DNA from: an uncultured Acidobacteriota bacterium
GTDB taxonomy: Bacteria > Acidobacteriota > Thermoanaerobaculia > Multivoradales > UBA5704
Assembly: GCA_963700145.1 (NCBI GenBank)
Contig: OY969474.1
Span: 3,680,001 to 3,744,000, forward strand
Length of the DNA: 64,000 bases
Reading direction: 5' to 3'
Shown: positions 10,389 to 19,588 of the stretch, in pieces
How the letters are laid out: every line of letters starts with the position of its first letter
Position numbering within the stretch: the stretch's first letter is position 1
Notes under the pieces: generated by a model
What the model was told of the DNA's origin: nothing
Database searches by the model: none
What the model saw: the letters and a program-made list of their open reading frames with translations, nothing else
Made by a program: the position numbers and the translations under genes

Positions 10389-11717
10389 TCAGCGGGCCCG
10401 GGTCAGGTACTCCGCCACCAGCCGCGCCATCGCCTTGATCCCCACCGGCACGGCGGCGTCGTCGGCGCGGAAGTCGGGCGTATGGAGGCCGCCCGAGGTG
10501 GTCCCTGCCGCCAGCGTCCCGAGCCGGAAGTAGAAGCCCGGCACCTCGTTGGCGAAGTAGGCGAAGTCCTCGCCCCCCATGGTCGGCGGCGAGGCGATCA
10601 CGTTGCCCTCGCCCACCGCCCGCGCCAGCACCGGCCGCGCCCAGGCGGCGAGCTCTGGGTCGTTGACCGTCGCCGGCGCGTTCTGCCGGTAGTCCAGCTC
10701 GTAGGCGCCGCCGAAGGCGCGGGCGATGCCGTCGAGGATCTCGCGCATCCGCCGCTCGACGTCGGCCCGCACCCCTTCCTTGTAAGTGCGCACGGTGCCT
10801 TCGAGGTGGACCTCGCCGGGGATGATGTTGAAGCGCTCGCCGCCGCGGATGATGCCGACCGTCACCACACTCGGCTCGAGCGCCGGCAGGGTGCGCGAGC
10901 GGATGGTCTGGAAGGCGGTCACCGCCTGCGCCGCCATGACGATCGGGTCGATTCCGAGGTGCGGGTAGGCGCCGTGCGACTGCTTGCCGCGGACGGTGAT
11001 CAGGAAGTGGTCGACCGCGGCGTAGGTCGGGCCGGAGGTCCAGCCCACCTGGCCGACGCTCGGCTGGCCGGGGACGCCGTCGGCCAGCTCGGGGAAGGAG
11101 TGAAGGGCGAAGATGGCGTCCGGCTTGGGGTCGGCGAGCGCACCCTCGCGCAGCATGCGCAGCGCCCCGGTCATCTCGCCTGGCGGCGGCCCCTCCTCGG
11201 CCGGCTGGAAGAGGAACTTGACGGTGCCGGGGAGGCGGTCGCGCACCGCGGCGAGGGCCGAGGCGACGCCCAGCCCCACCGACGTGTGCACGTCGTGGCC
11301 GCAGGCGTGGGCGATCGGCACCTCCGCGCCCGCCCAGGTGCCGCGCTTGGTCGAGCGGAACGGGAGATCGGTCTGCTCGGCGACCGGCAGGGCGTCCATG
11401 TCGGCGCGCACCGCGACGACCGGGCCGGGCCTGCCGCCGCGCAGGACGGCGACGACCCCGGTGTGGGCGACGCCGGTCTTGACCTCCAGCCCGAGCCCGC
11501 GCAGGTGCTCGGCCACGAGCTTCGCGGTCTCCGTCTCCTGGTAGCCGAGCTCCGGGTTCTGGTGGATGCGGTGGCGGTGCTCGATCGCCTGCGGCGCCAC
11601 GCGGGCGACGGCGGCGTCGATCGCGGCGAGGAGGTCGCCGCCGTCGCCGTCCTGCGCGAGCGCGGGGGCGGCGAGAGCGAGCAGGCAGAGCGAGACGGCG
11701 GCGCGGCGTTGTCTCAT
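10389..11717 (-). CDS. M20 family amidohydrolase, secreted
   Basis: RADMDALP, HACGHD, FQPAEEG, GGEDF; signal peptide after MRQRR. Confidence 0.9.
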   Translation of the reverse strand: MRQRRAAVSLCLLALAAPALAQDGDGGDLLAAIDAAVARVAPQAIEHRHRIHQNPELGYQETETAKLVAEHLRGLGLEVKTGVAHTGVVAVLRGGRPGPVVAVRADMDALPVAEQTDLPFRSTKRGTWAGAEVPIAHACGHDVHTSVGLGVASALAAVRDRLPGTVKFLFQPAEEGPPPGEMTGALRMLREGALADPKPDAIFALHSFPELADGVPGQPSVGQVGWTSGPTYAAVDHFLITVRGKQSHGAYPHLGIDPIVMAAQAVTAFQTIRSRTLPALEPSVVTVGIIRGGERFNIIPGEVHLEGTVRTYKEGVRADVERRMREILDGIARAFGGAYELDYRQNAPATVNDPELAAWARPVLARAVGEGNVIASPPTMGGEDFAYFANEVPGFYFRLGTLAAGTTSGGLHTPDFRADDAAVPVGIKAMARLVAEYLTRAR

Positions 11718-11775
11718 CCAGGGGCCTCCGGCGGGGTCCGGGGAGTCTATACCCCGGCGGGTAGAATCGCCGGCC

Positions 11776-13401
11776 GTGAACGTCGCGGGTCGCAAGGTGC
11801 TGGTGCTCGGGGGCTACGGCCTCGTCGGCACGGCGGTGTGCAGAGAGCTGCTGACGCGCGGCCCGCGCGAGATTCAGATCCACAGCCTGCGGCCGGAGGA
11901 GTCGGAGACGGCGCGCGGCGAGCTGGCGCGCGAGGCGGGGGAGACCCTCCTCTCCGTCTCCGCCGGCGACATCTTCGGCCTGGCCGGCGAGAGCGACCGC
12001 CGCGCGGCGATTGCCGCGCAGCTCACGCCGCTCGCCGACGGCGACCTCCCGACCTTCCTGATCTACCGGCTCCTGGCGGAATCGCGGCCCGAGATCGTCA
12101 TCGACTGCGTCAACACCGCCACGGGCATCGCCTACCGCGACATCTTCCACCACGCCCAGGCGCTGTCACGCGAGCTGGCGGCGGGGAGAGTCACCGAGGA
12201 CGGCGTCGAGAGCCTCCTCGAGGCGCTCTACATCCCGCGCCTCATCCGCCACATCCAGGTGATGTACCGCGGGATGACCGACGCCGGCACCGAGGTCTAC
12301 GTCAAGGTGGGGACGAGCGGCACCGGCGGCATGGGGCTCAACGTTCCCTACACGCACTCCGAGGAGCGGCCGAGCCGGGTGCTGCTGTCGAAGAGCGCGC
12401 TCGCCGGCGCGCACTCGATGCTGCTCTTCCTGATGGCGCGCACGCCGGGGGCGCCGATCACCAAGGAGATCAAGCCCGCGGCGGCGATCGCCTGGAAGCG
12501 GATCGGCTACGGGCCCATCCGGCGCCGCGGCACGGTCATCCGCCTGGTCGACGCGCGGCCGCACCCGCTGCCGGCGCGCTTTTCGAGCTGCGACCCGCTG
12601 GCGGCGGCGGAGCGCGAGGAGGCGCTCGAGAGCGTCTTCATCGACACCGGCGAGAACGGCCTCTTCAGTCTCGAGGAGTTCTCGACCCTGACCACCGCCG
12701 ACCAGATGGAGTTCGTGACGCCGGAGGAGATCGCCGCCTACCTGGTCTTCGAGATCGAGGGGCGGAACACCGGCCACGACATCATCAACGCCCTCGACAA
12801 CGCCGTCCTCGGGCCGACCTACCGCGCCGGCCTCTTGCGCCACTGGGCGCTCGAGCGGATGGTCGAGCTGGAGCACGAGCACGGCGTCCACAGCGTCGCC
12901 TTCGAGGCGCTGGGGCCGCCGCGGCTGACCAAGCTCCTTTTCGAGGCCCACCTCCTGCGCCTCGCCTTCCCGTCGATGCGGGCGGTGCGCGAGGCCACGC
13001 CCGAGGAGGTACGCGACCGGCTCGACCGGCTGGTGCGGGCGGAGCGGGAGGAGGCCAACCGGGTGGCGGCGGTGGGGATCCCGATCCTCCTCGACTCCGG
13101 CGAGCTGATCCGCGGCCCGAAGGTCATCGTGCCGGGCGACGCGGTGGCGCTCGAGGTCACGCCGGAGCGCCTGGAGGCCTGGGTGAACGACGGCTGGGTG
13201 GACCTGCGCCTCGCCAACTGCGCCATCTGGATCGAGCGCTGCCGGCGGATCCACGCCGAGATCGAGGCGATCCCCGAGGGCGACACCTCCAGCCGCTACG
13301 TCCGCGACCGCCGCTTCTGGAACGAGGACGCCCGCATCCAGCCTGGCAAGCTCGCCGGCTGGCTGCTCTCGGTCGAGGAGGCGACGCTGCGGCTCAAGTG
13401 A
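11776..13401 (+). CDS. Rossmann-fold (SDR-like) protein of unknown function
   Basis: N-terminal VLVLGGYGLVG dinucleotide-binding motif; GTG start 8 nt after TAGAAT. Confidence 0.65.
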   Translation: MNVAGRKVLVLGGYGLVGTAVCRELLTRGPREIQIHSLRPEESETARGELAREAGETLLSVSAGDIFGLAGESDRRAAIAAQLTPLADGDLPTFLIYRLLAESRPEIVIDCVNTATGIAYRDIFHHAQALSRELAAGRVTEDGVESLLEALYIPRLIRHIQVMYRGMTDAGTEVYVKVGTSGTGGMGLNVPYTHSEERPSRVLLSKSALAGAHSMLLFLMARTPGAPITKEIKPAAAIAWKRIGYGPIRRRGTVIRLVDARPHPLPARFSSCDPLAAAEREEALESVFIDTGENGLFSLEEFSTLTTADQMEFVTPEEIAAYLVFEIEGRNTGHDIINALDNAVLGPTYRAGLLRHWALERMVELEHEHGVHSVAFEALGPPRLTKLLFEAHLLRLAFPSMRAVREATPEEVRDRLDRLVRAEREEANRVAAVGIPILLDSGELIRGPKVIVPGDAVALEVTPERLEAWVNDGWVDLRLANCAIWIERCRRIHAEIEAIPEGDTSSRYVRDRRFWNEDARIQPGKLAGWLLSVEEATLRLK

Positions 13402-13409
13402 GCGGCCAT

Positions 13410-13438
13410 TTGCCTTTTCGCATGCGTTGAGGTATCCT
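13410..13438 (+). promoter_or_regulatory. Sigma70-type promoter upstream of the cold-shock gene leader
   Basis: TTGCCT-N17-TATCCT. Confidence 0.6.
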
Positions 13439-13488
13439 CTGCCAAATCGCGCGTGCGGTTTACGTGCGAGGTTCCGGCGACAACTGAG

Positions 13489-13518
13489 AGGCTGGCGTCC
13501 GACGCCGGCCTTTTTTGT
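13489..13518 (+). terminator. Intrinsic terminator-like hairpin within the csp leader
   Basis: AGGCTGGCG-TCCGA-CGCCGGCCT followed by TTTTTGTT. Confidence 0.6.
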
Positions 13519-13648
13519 TGCCCCGGGACCAAGCGGCGACGGCGGGTGCCGTTCGCCGCTGCAGCAAGGCCCATCGTGAGGGCTCGATCACGAACGACAA
13601 GGGGCCGGGCCGAAAGCTCGGTCCCGCAATTAAGGACCAAGGTGAGTT

Positions 13649-13858
13649 ATGCGTACGACCGGCAGAGTGAAGTGGTTCAACGACACGAAGGGTTTCGGCT
13701 TCATCACCCCCGAGAACGGCCAGAAGGACTGCTTCGTCCATCATTCGGCCATCAAGGCCGAGGGCTTCAAGAGCCTCGCCGAGGGTGACCGCGTGGAGTT
13801 CGACGTCGTCGAGGGCCAGAAGGGCCCCGCGGCCGAGAACGTGGTCAAGCTCGACTGA
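13649..13858 (+). CDS. Cold-shock protein (CspA family)
   Basis: [30 protein letters not shown]. Confidence 0.96.
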   Translation: MRTTGRVKWFNDTKGFGFITPENGQKDCFVHHSAIKAEGFKSLAEGDRVEFDVVEGQKGPAAENVVKLD

Positions 13859-13886
13859 GCGCCTGCTCGAGAGCACTAGCTCTCGG

Positions 13887-13925
13887 AGGCCGGTCCGCCG
13901 CGAGGCGACCGGCCTTTTTCATTTT
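13887..13925 (+). terminator. Intrinsic terminator after the csp gene
   Basis: AGGCCGGTC...GACCGGCCT followed by TTTTC. Confidence 0.75.
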
Positions 13926-13932
13926 CCGGGGC

Positions 13933-14433
13933 TCAGTGCCGCGCCAGCAGGGCGCGGAGGGTGCGGAGGGAGGGCGGGTCGTCGCCGACCGAGTGGATGA
14001 CGCCGGCGCGGTCGATCAGGACGTAGGTCGGGAAGTAGGCGACGCCGTAGCGGCGGGCGGTCTCGCCGGTGTCGACGCAGACCGGGTAGCGGGACGGGCG
14101 CTTCTCGAGGAAGGCCGGGAGCTCGGCGGCCTTGGACTTCGTGTGGACGCCGACCAGGGCGAAGTCCGCCGCCGGCAGCGCCTTGCTCAGGGCGTCGAGC
14201 TCGGGGAGCGCCGCGATGCAGGGGCTGCACCAGACCCCCCAGAAGTCGAGCAGCACGACCTTCCCCCTGAGCTCTGCCAGCGAGACCGGCGCCTCCGGGT
14301 TGTGGCAGCCGCTCACCGAGAGCTCGGGCGCCAGCTCGGGCGCGGCGTCGCCCAGCCCCGGCGCGGCGGTGGCGCCGGCCGCGACGGTGAGGCCGGCCAG
14401 GAGGAGGAGGCCGCTGCGCAGCGCGCGCCGCAC
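13933..14433 (-). CDS. TlpA-family disulfide reductase
   Basis: LLDFWGVWCSPC, signal peptide. Confidence 0.88.
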   Translation of the reverse strand: MRRALRSGLLLLAGLTVAAGATAAPGLGDAAPELAPELSVSGCHNPEAPVSLAELRGKVVLLDFWGVWCSPCIAALPELDALSKALPAADFALVGVHTKSKAAELPAFLEKRPSRYPVCVDTGETARRYGVAYFPTYVLIDRAGVIHSVGDDPPSLRTLRALLARH

Positions 14434-14436
14434 GCT

Positions 14437-14955
14437 TCAGCTCACGCCGTAGCGCTCGGCCAGGATCGCCAGGTGGTGGCGAACGTGGCCGGCGAGGATC
14501 CAGGCCAGGGCGCGGACCGAGACGTCATGGCCGTTGGCGTTGCCGGTGCGGGTCCAGGTCTCCGCCGGCAGCCGCCGGAAGAGCGCCAGGTTCCCCTCGC
14601 GCAGCAGCGCCAGCTCCTCGGCGAGCGCCGCGAGCGGCGTGCTTCCGAGGTCGGCGGCGGCGACGTAGGCGTTCTCGTCGAAGCCGGGGAGCGGCGTCGC
14701 ATCGCCGTGGGCGATGCAGGAGGCCCGGTAGCCGAAGACGCGCTCGGCGTCGATCAGGTGGCTGAAGAGCTGGCGCACGCTCCACTTCTCCGGCGCGTAG
14801 CGGAAGTCCTCGCGCTCCGGCGGCACGCCGGCGGCGATCCGCCGCAGCTCCGCTGGCTGCTCGGCGAGCACCTCCAGGATCCCTTCTCCCGGCACCCGCG
14901 CCACGTAGCCGGCGTAGAACGGGGCGTACTCGCCGGCTTCCGGCCGGCCGCTCAT
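14437..14955 (-). CDS. DinB family protein
   Basis: YAPEKWSVRQLFSHL..., LAGHVRHH; ATG overlaps the tricorn stop codon. Confidence 0.85.
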   Translation of the reverse strand: MSGRPEAGEYAPFYAGYVARVPGEGILEVLAEQPAELRRIAAGVPPEREDFRYAPEKWSVRQLFSHLIDAERVFGYRASCIAHGDATPLPGFDENAYVAAADLGSTPLAALAEELALLREGNLALFRRLPAETWTRTGNANGHDVSVRALAWILAGHVRHHLAILAERYGVS

Positions 14956-17900
14956 TGCGAGTCCCCCTCTCCCTCGGGCTGCTTCCAGGGCGCCGGCGGC
15001 GCGGTGAGCCGCTGCGGCGGGCCCTTCGCCAGCTCGGCGAGCAGCACCTCGATCCCCTTCTCGAGGCTGGGGTCGCGCCCCTGCGCCACCAGGTGCGGCG
15101 CGTCGATCACCTCGATGTCGGGCGGCACCCCCTCGTTCTCGACCGCCCACCGACCCTCGGTGTCGATGAAGCGGAAGGCGGGGACGGTGATCGAGCCGCC
15201 GTCGAGGAGGAGCGGGTTGCCGGAGATGCCGATCAGCCCTCCCCAGGTGCGGGTGCCGATGAGCGGCCCGAGCCCGAGCTTGCGGAAGTAGTAGGGGAAG
15301 GCGTCGCCGCCCGAGCCCGCCTGGCCGTTGATCAAGGCCACCTTGGGACCGACGTGGATGTAGCCCGGCGTCGTCGTCGGCACGCCGGAGCGGTTGACCC
15401 AGTAGTTGAGGAGCGGCCGCGCCAGGAGCGCCGCCATGCGGTCCGGGATGAAGCCGCCGCCGTTGTAGCGCGCGTCGAGGATCAGCGCGTCCTTGTGCGC
15501 CTGCGGGTAGAAGTGCTTGAAGAGCTCGCGGTTGCCGGCCACCGCGGTGTCGGGGAGGTGGAGGTAGCCGATCCGGCCGTCTGAGGCGGCGGCGACGCGC
15601 TGCCGCCGCTCCTCGATCCAGGCCAGGTAGCGGAGGCCGAGCTCGGAGCCGACCGGCCGCACCCGCTCGTCGTGCGCCCCCTTGCCGTCGGCGCCGGCGG
15701 CCACGCGCAGCGTCACCACCGCGTCGGCCTTCCCCTCGAGCAGGCGGTAGAAGTTGTCGACGCCGCGGGTCGGCACGCCGTCCACCGCCAGGATGAGGTC
15801 ACCCTCCTTCACCCGCACGCCCGGCTCGGTGAGCGGCGAGCGGAAGTCGTCGTGCCAGTTCTCGCCGTGGTAGATGCGGGCGACGCGGAAGGCGCCGGAG
15901 GGGTCGGACTCGACGTCGGCGCCGAGGAGGCCCCCGGGCACCCGCTCGACGTCGTGCTCCGTCGGCGGCTGCACGTAGGCGTGGCCGGCGTTGAGCTCGG
16001 CGATCAGCTCGCCCAGGACGTAGTCGAGATCGGCGCGCGAGGCGAGGTGGGGGACCAGCTCGCCGTAGCGAGCGCGCATCTCCGGCCAGTCGACGCCGTG
16101 CAGCTCGCGGTCGTAGAACCAGTCGCGCACCAGGCGCCAAGCGTCGTCGAACATCTGCCGCCACTCGGCGCGCGGCTCGACCTTGAGCGTCATCCGATCG
16201 AGCGCCAGCTTGCCGTCGGCCGCCTTCTGCCCGGGCGCGGCACCGACGATCGCGAACTCGTTGCCGCGCTGCTGGACGAGGAGCTTCTTGCCGTCGGCGG
16301 AGAGCTGGAAGGCGTTGACGCCGTCGAGCACGCCCTCCTCCTTCTCGGCCTCGAGGTCGTACATCTTGAGCTGCCCCGCCGGGCCGTCGCCGGTCAGGTA
16401 GAAGACGCCCTTCTCGTTGGCGGCGAGGTTGCGGTAGCTGCCGGGAGCGCCGGGGATGGCGCGCACCCGCGCCTCGAAGCCGTCGAAGTCGATCGCGACC
16501 TTGACCGCCGCCGGCTTGGCGCCGGGGTCCTTCTCCTCGCCCTTCTCCTCGGCGCTGCGCGGCCGGGGCTTCGCGTCGCCCTCCGCCGGAGGCGACTGCG
16601 GCTGGTGCTGGACGTCCGCCACCCGCATGCCGTCGTCCTTTTTCTCCTCCGCTCCCTCCTCGTCGCTCTTGGGGAGGAAGAGGGCGGGGCCGTCCTTCTG
16701 CAGCACCGCGACGTAGATCCGCGTCGGGTCGGTGTAGACGTAGTCGAACTCGTAGCTGCTGAAGGTGAGGTTGTAGTCGCGGTTCGAGAGGAAGTAGAGG
16801 TAGCGCCCCGTGGGGTCCCAGGTGGGCTCGAACTCGGCGGTCGCGTCGGAGGTGAGCTGGCGCGCGCGGCGGTCGGCGAGCGAGTAGACCCAGACCGAGG
16901 GCAGCTGCGTCACCCCGAACTTGGTGTAGGCGAGCCAGCGCGAGTCGGGCGACCAGCGGTAGTCGGTGACGTCGGCGGTCTTGCTGCCGTCGGCCTCGAC
17001 GATCCGCCCGCCGTCCACCTCCACGTAGCGCAGCCGTTGCCGCGTGTCGCCCCAGGCGAGCTTCTTCGAGTCGGGCGACCAGGCGGGCGGGAAGCGCCAG
17101 ACGCCGCCGTCCTGCGTCACCCGCCGCGGCTCGCCGCTGCCGTCGGCGGGCCGCAGGTAGATCTCGTACTCGCCGGTGGCGTCGGAGAGGTAGGCGATCC
17201 AGCGCCCGTCGGGCGACCAGGCGGGGTCCATCTCGCGCACGCCGGGAGTGGCGGTGAGGTTGCGCGGCTCCCCCTCCTTGGCCGGCACGGTGAAGACCTC
17301 GCCGCGGGCGCCGAAGACGGCGCGCTTGCCGGTCGGGGAGATCCCCCACGACTGGACGTCCTCGGCGACCTTGCGGAAGTAGGGGACGGTCTGCGGGAAG
17401 TCGCCGTCCACCCGCACCGGCACCTTGCGGCTCGTGCCCGTCCCTGGCTCGAAGAGGTAGAGCCAGCCGCCGTTCTCGTAGATCAGGCTGTCGGGACCGC
17501 CGCTCGGCCAGAGGACGTCATAGCGGTCGTGGTTGGTGACCTGGCGCGGCGTGCGCTCGGCCTCGCGCCAGGCGTAGAGCTGGAGGCGGTTGGTGCGGTC
17601 GGAGGTGAAGTAGATCGTGTCGCCGACCCACACCGGCTGGTTGTCGGTGCCGGCGAAGTCGGTGATCTGCTCGGCGGTGTTGCGCGCCAGGTCGTAGATC
17701 CAGACGTCCTGCGCGCGGCCGCCGCGATGCCGCTTCCAGGTGCGGAACTCGCGCATGATCGGCGTGAAGACGTACTTCGTGCCGTCCGGCGAGAGGGTGC
17801 CGGTGCCGCCTTCGGGCATCGGCAGCGGCACCTCCATGCCGCCGGCTGCCGGCACCTTGTAGGGGCGCGAGATGCGGTCGTTCCAGGGCGTGCGGTGGGC

Positions 17901-18317
17901 GTTGAAGAGGACGTGCTTGCCGTCCGGCGTCCAGCCGAGCACCTGGTTGTCGACGCCGCCGCGCGGCGGGATGCGCCCGACGTCGTTGTAGAAGGTGAGC
18001 TGGCGCGGCTCGCCGCCGGCGACCGGGATGGTGAAGACCTGCCGCGTGCCGCCGTACTGGCCGGTGAAGGCCAGGGTCCGGCCGTCGGGCGAGAACTTGG
18101 GGAAGAGCTCCTCGCCGCGGTGCGAGGTCACCCGCCGCGCCGTGCCGCCGGCCGCCGGCACCGTCCAGACGTCGCCGGCGTAGACGAAGGCGATGGTGTC
18201 GCCATGGACGTCGGGGTAGCGCAGCAGACGGCTCTCGCCGGCGGGCGGCGCCTCCTGGGCGGCGAGGGCGAGGGGGGAAAGCAGAAGGGCGGCGAGCAAC
18301 GAGAGGGCTTTGGGCAC
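14952..18317 (-). CDS. Tricorn-like S41 protease (PD40 propellers, PDZ, S41)
   Basis: Propeller repeats, DARYNGGG, AGSGGD, GTRTWGG; signal peptide after GTG 18317. Confidence 0.93.
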   Translation of the reverse strand: MPKALSLLAALLLSPLALAAQEAPPAGESRLLRYPDVHGDTIAFVYAGDVWTVPAAGGTARRVTSHRGEELFPKFSPDGRTLAFTGQYGGTRQVFTIPVAGGEPRQLTFYNDVGRIPPRGGVDNQVLGWTPDGKHVLFNAHRTPWNDRISRPYKVPAAGGMEVPLPMPEGGTGTLSPDGTKYVFTPIMREFRTWKRHRGGRAQDVWIYDLARNTAEQITDFAGTDNQPVWVGDTIYFTSDRTNRLQLYAWREAERTPRQVTNHDRYDVLWPSGGPDSLIYENGGWLYLFEPGTGTSRKVPVRVDGDFPQTVPYFRKVAEDVQSWGISPTGKRAVFGARGEVFTVPAKEGEPRNLTATPGVREMDPAWSPDGRWIAYLSDATGEYEIYLRPADGSGEPRRVTQDGGVWRFPPAWSPDSKKLAWGDTRQRLRYVEVDGGRIVEADGSKTADVTDYRWSPDSRWLAYTKFGVTQLPSVWVYSLADRRARQLTSDATAEFEPTWDPTGRYLYFLSNRDYNLTFSSYEFDYVYTDPTRIYVAVLQKDGPALFLPKSDEEGAEEKKDDGMRVADVQHQPQSPPAEGDAKPRPRSAEEKGEEKDPGAKPAAVKVAIDFDGFEARVRAIPGAPGSYRNLAANEKGVFYLTGDGPAGQLKMYDLEAEKEEGVLDGVNAFQLSADGKKLLVQQRGNEFAIVGAAPGQKAADGKLALDRMTLKVEPRAEWRQMFDDAWRLVRDWFYDRELHGVDWPEMRARYGELVPHLASRADLDYVLGELIAELNAGHAYVQPPTEHDVERVPGGLLGADVESDPSGAFRVARIYHGENWHDDFRSPLTEPGVRVKEGDLILAVDGVPTRGVDNFYRLLEGKADAVVTLRVAAGADGKGAHDERVRPVGSELGLRYLAWIEERRQRVAAASDGRIGYLHLPDTAVAGNRELFKHFYPQAHKDALILDARYNGGGFIPDRMAALLARPLLNYWVNRSGVPTTTPGYIHVGPKVALINGQAGSGGDAFPYYFRKLGLGPLIGTRTWGGLIGISGNPLLLDGGSITVPAFRFIDTEGRWAVENEGVPPDIEVIDAPHLVAQGRDPSLEKGIEVLLAELAKGPPQRLTAPPAPWKQPEGEGDSQ

Positions 18318-18372
18318 ACGGGCTCCTTCGGATCGAGGTCCGCAGGCTACTACGGCGGCGGACGCCGGAGGT

Positions 18373-19569
18373 TTGGAAACGGCGCCGACTCGCATAGGCT
18401 TTCCTAAAGGATCGGAAACCACGGGAACCCGGACACGGGCGCGGCGCGCCGCACGGTGGCTGCTCGGCGCGGTGGTGGTCGCGGGCGCCGCCGCGGCGCT
18501 CGCGAACTGCCACGGCCACGTCATCGAGCGGGTCCACGCGCCGAACTTCCCTCGAGGCTTCGACTTCCGCTCGCCTCCATGCTCGCCGGCTGCCGCGGCG
18601 ACGGCGGGTGGAGACGACGACGTCCTGGTGCGCTACCTGGCCTCCGGCGGGCTGTACGTCTCCTGGCGCGGCACGGGGCTCCTCACCGCGCCCTTTTTCT
18701 CCAATCCCGGGCTCTTCCGCGTCGGTTTCGGGAAGGTGCGGTGGCGCGAGGACGACATTGACCGCGGCCTCTCCGGGCTGCCCGCGGCGGACGCGATCTT
18801 CGCCGGCCACGCCCACTACGACCACGTGGGCGACCTCGTGCCGATCCTGCGCACGCACGCGCCCGGGGCCCGCCTGTACGTCAACGCGACCGGCGATCAC
18901 ATGCTCGCTCCGTACCGCGACCTGCGCTCCCGCGCCAGCGTGCTGAAGGCCGCGAAGGAGTGGGAGCAGGTCCGCGACGCGGCCGGCCGGCCCTTGCCGG
19001 TCCGCTTCCGGGCCTTCCGCTCGCGCCATGCGCCCCACTTGGGGCGTCTCCACCTCTTCCGGGGGCGCCTGGAGCGCGACTGGCGCCGGCCGTGGACCGA
19101 CATGCGCTGGCGCGACTTCCGCGAGGGGGAGGTCCACGCGTTCGTCTTCGATCTGCTCGACGCCAACGACCGGGTCCGCTTCCGCCTCTACGCCAACGAC
19201 ACCGCGAGCCCGCGGGAGTGGGGAGTGCCGGAGGCGGCGCTGGCGCGCGAGCGGCGCTTCGACCTCGCGGCGCTCACCATGGCCTCGTACTACCTCGTCG
19301 AGGAGTACCCGGAACGGCTGCTCGGCGCCCTCCGGCCGCGGCACGTCCTGGCGATCCACTACGAGGACTTCTTCCAGCCGCTCGACCGGCCGGTGCGCTT
19401 CGTCCCGATGCTGACCGACGCCCGCGCCAACCGCTTCCTGGCGCGGGTAGAGACGGCCGTGCCGCGCGCGGGCCGGCGTCCGCCCCTGCCGCCTGTCTGC
19501 GGCCCGTCCGGGCCGGCCGTGACGATGGCGGTCCCCGGCGAGTGGCTCCGCTTCCGCGCCGGGCACTAG
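18373..19569 (+). CDS. Metallo-beta-lactamase-fold hydrolase, probably exported (start uncertain)
   Basis: GHAHYDH motif, IHYEDFF, N-terminal hydrophobic segment. Confidence 0.7.
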   Translation: METAPTRIGFPKGSETTGTRTRARRAARWLLGAVVVAGAAAALANCHGHVIERVHAPNFPRGFDFRSPPCSPAAAATAGGDDDVLVRYLASGGLYVSWRGTGLLTAPFFSNPGLFRVGFGKVRWREDDIDRGLSGLPAADAIFAGHAHYDHVGDLVPILRTHAPGARLYVNATGDHMLAPYRDLRSRASVLKAAKEWEQVRDAAGRPLPVRFRAFRSRHAPHLGRLHLFRGRLERDWRRPWTDMRWRDFREGEVHAFVFDLLDANDRVRFRLYANDTASPREWGVPEAALARERRFDLAALTMASYYLVEEYPERLLGALRPRHVLAIHYEDFFQPLDRPVRFVPMLTDARANRFLARVETAVPRAGRRPPLPPVCGPSGPAVTMAVPGEWLRFRAGH

Positions 19570-19588
19570 AGGGAGCGCGCGGCGCGCT

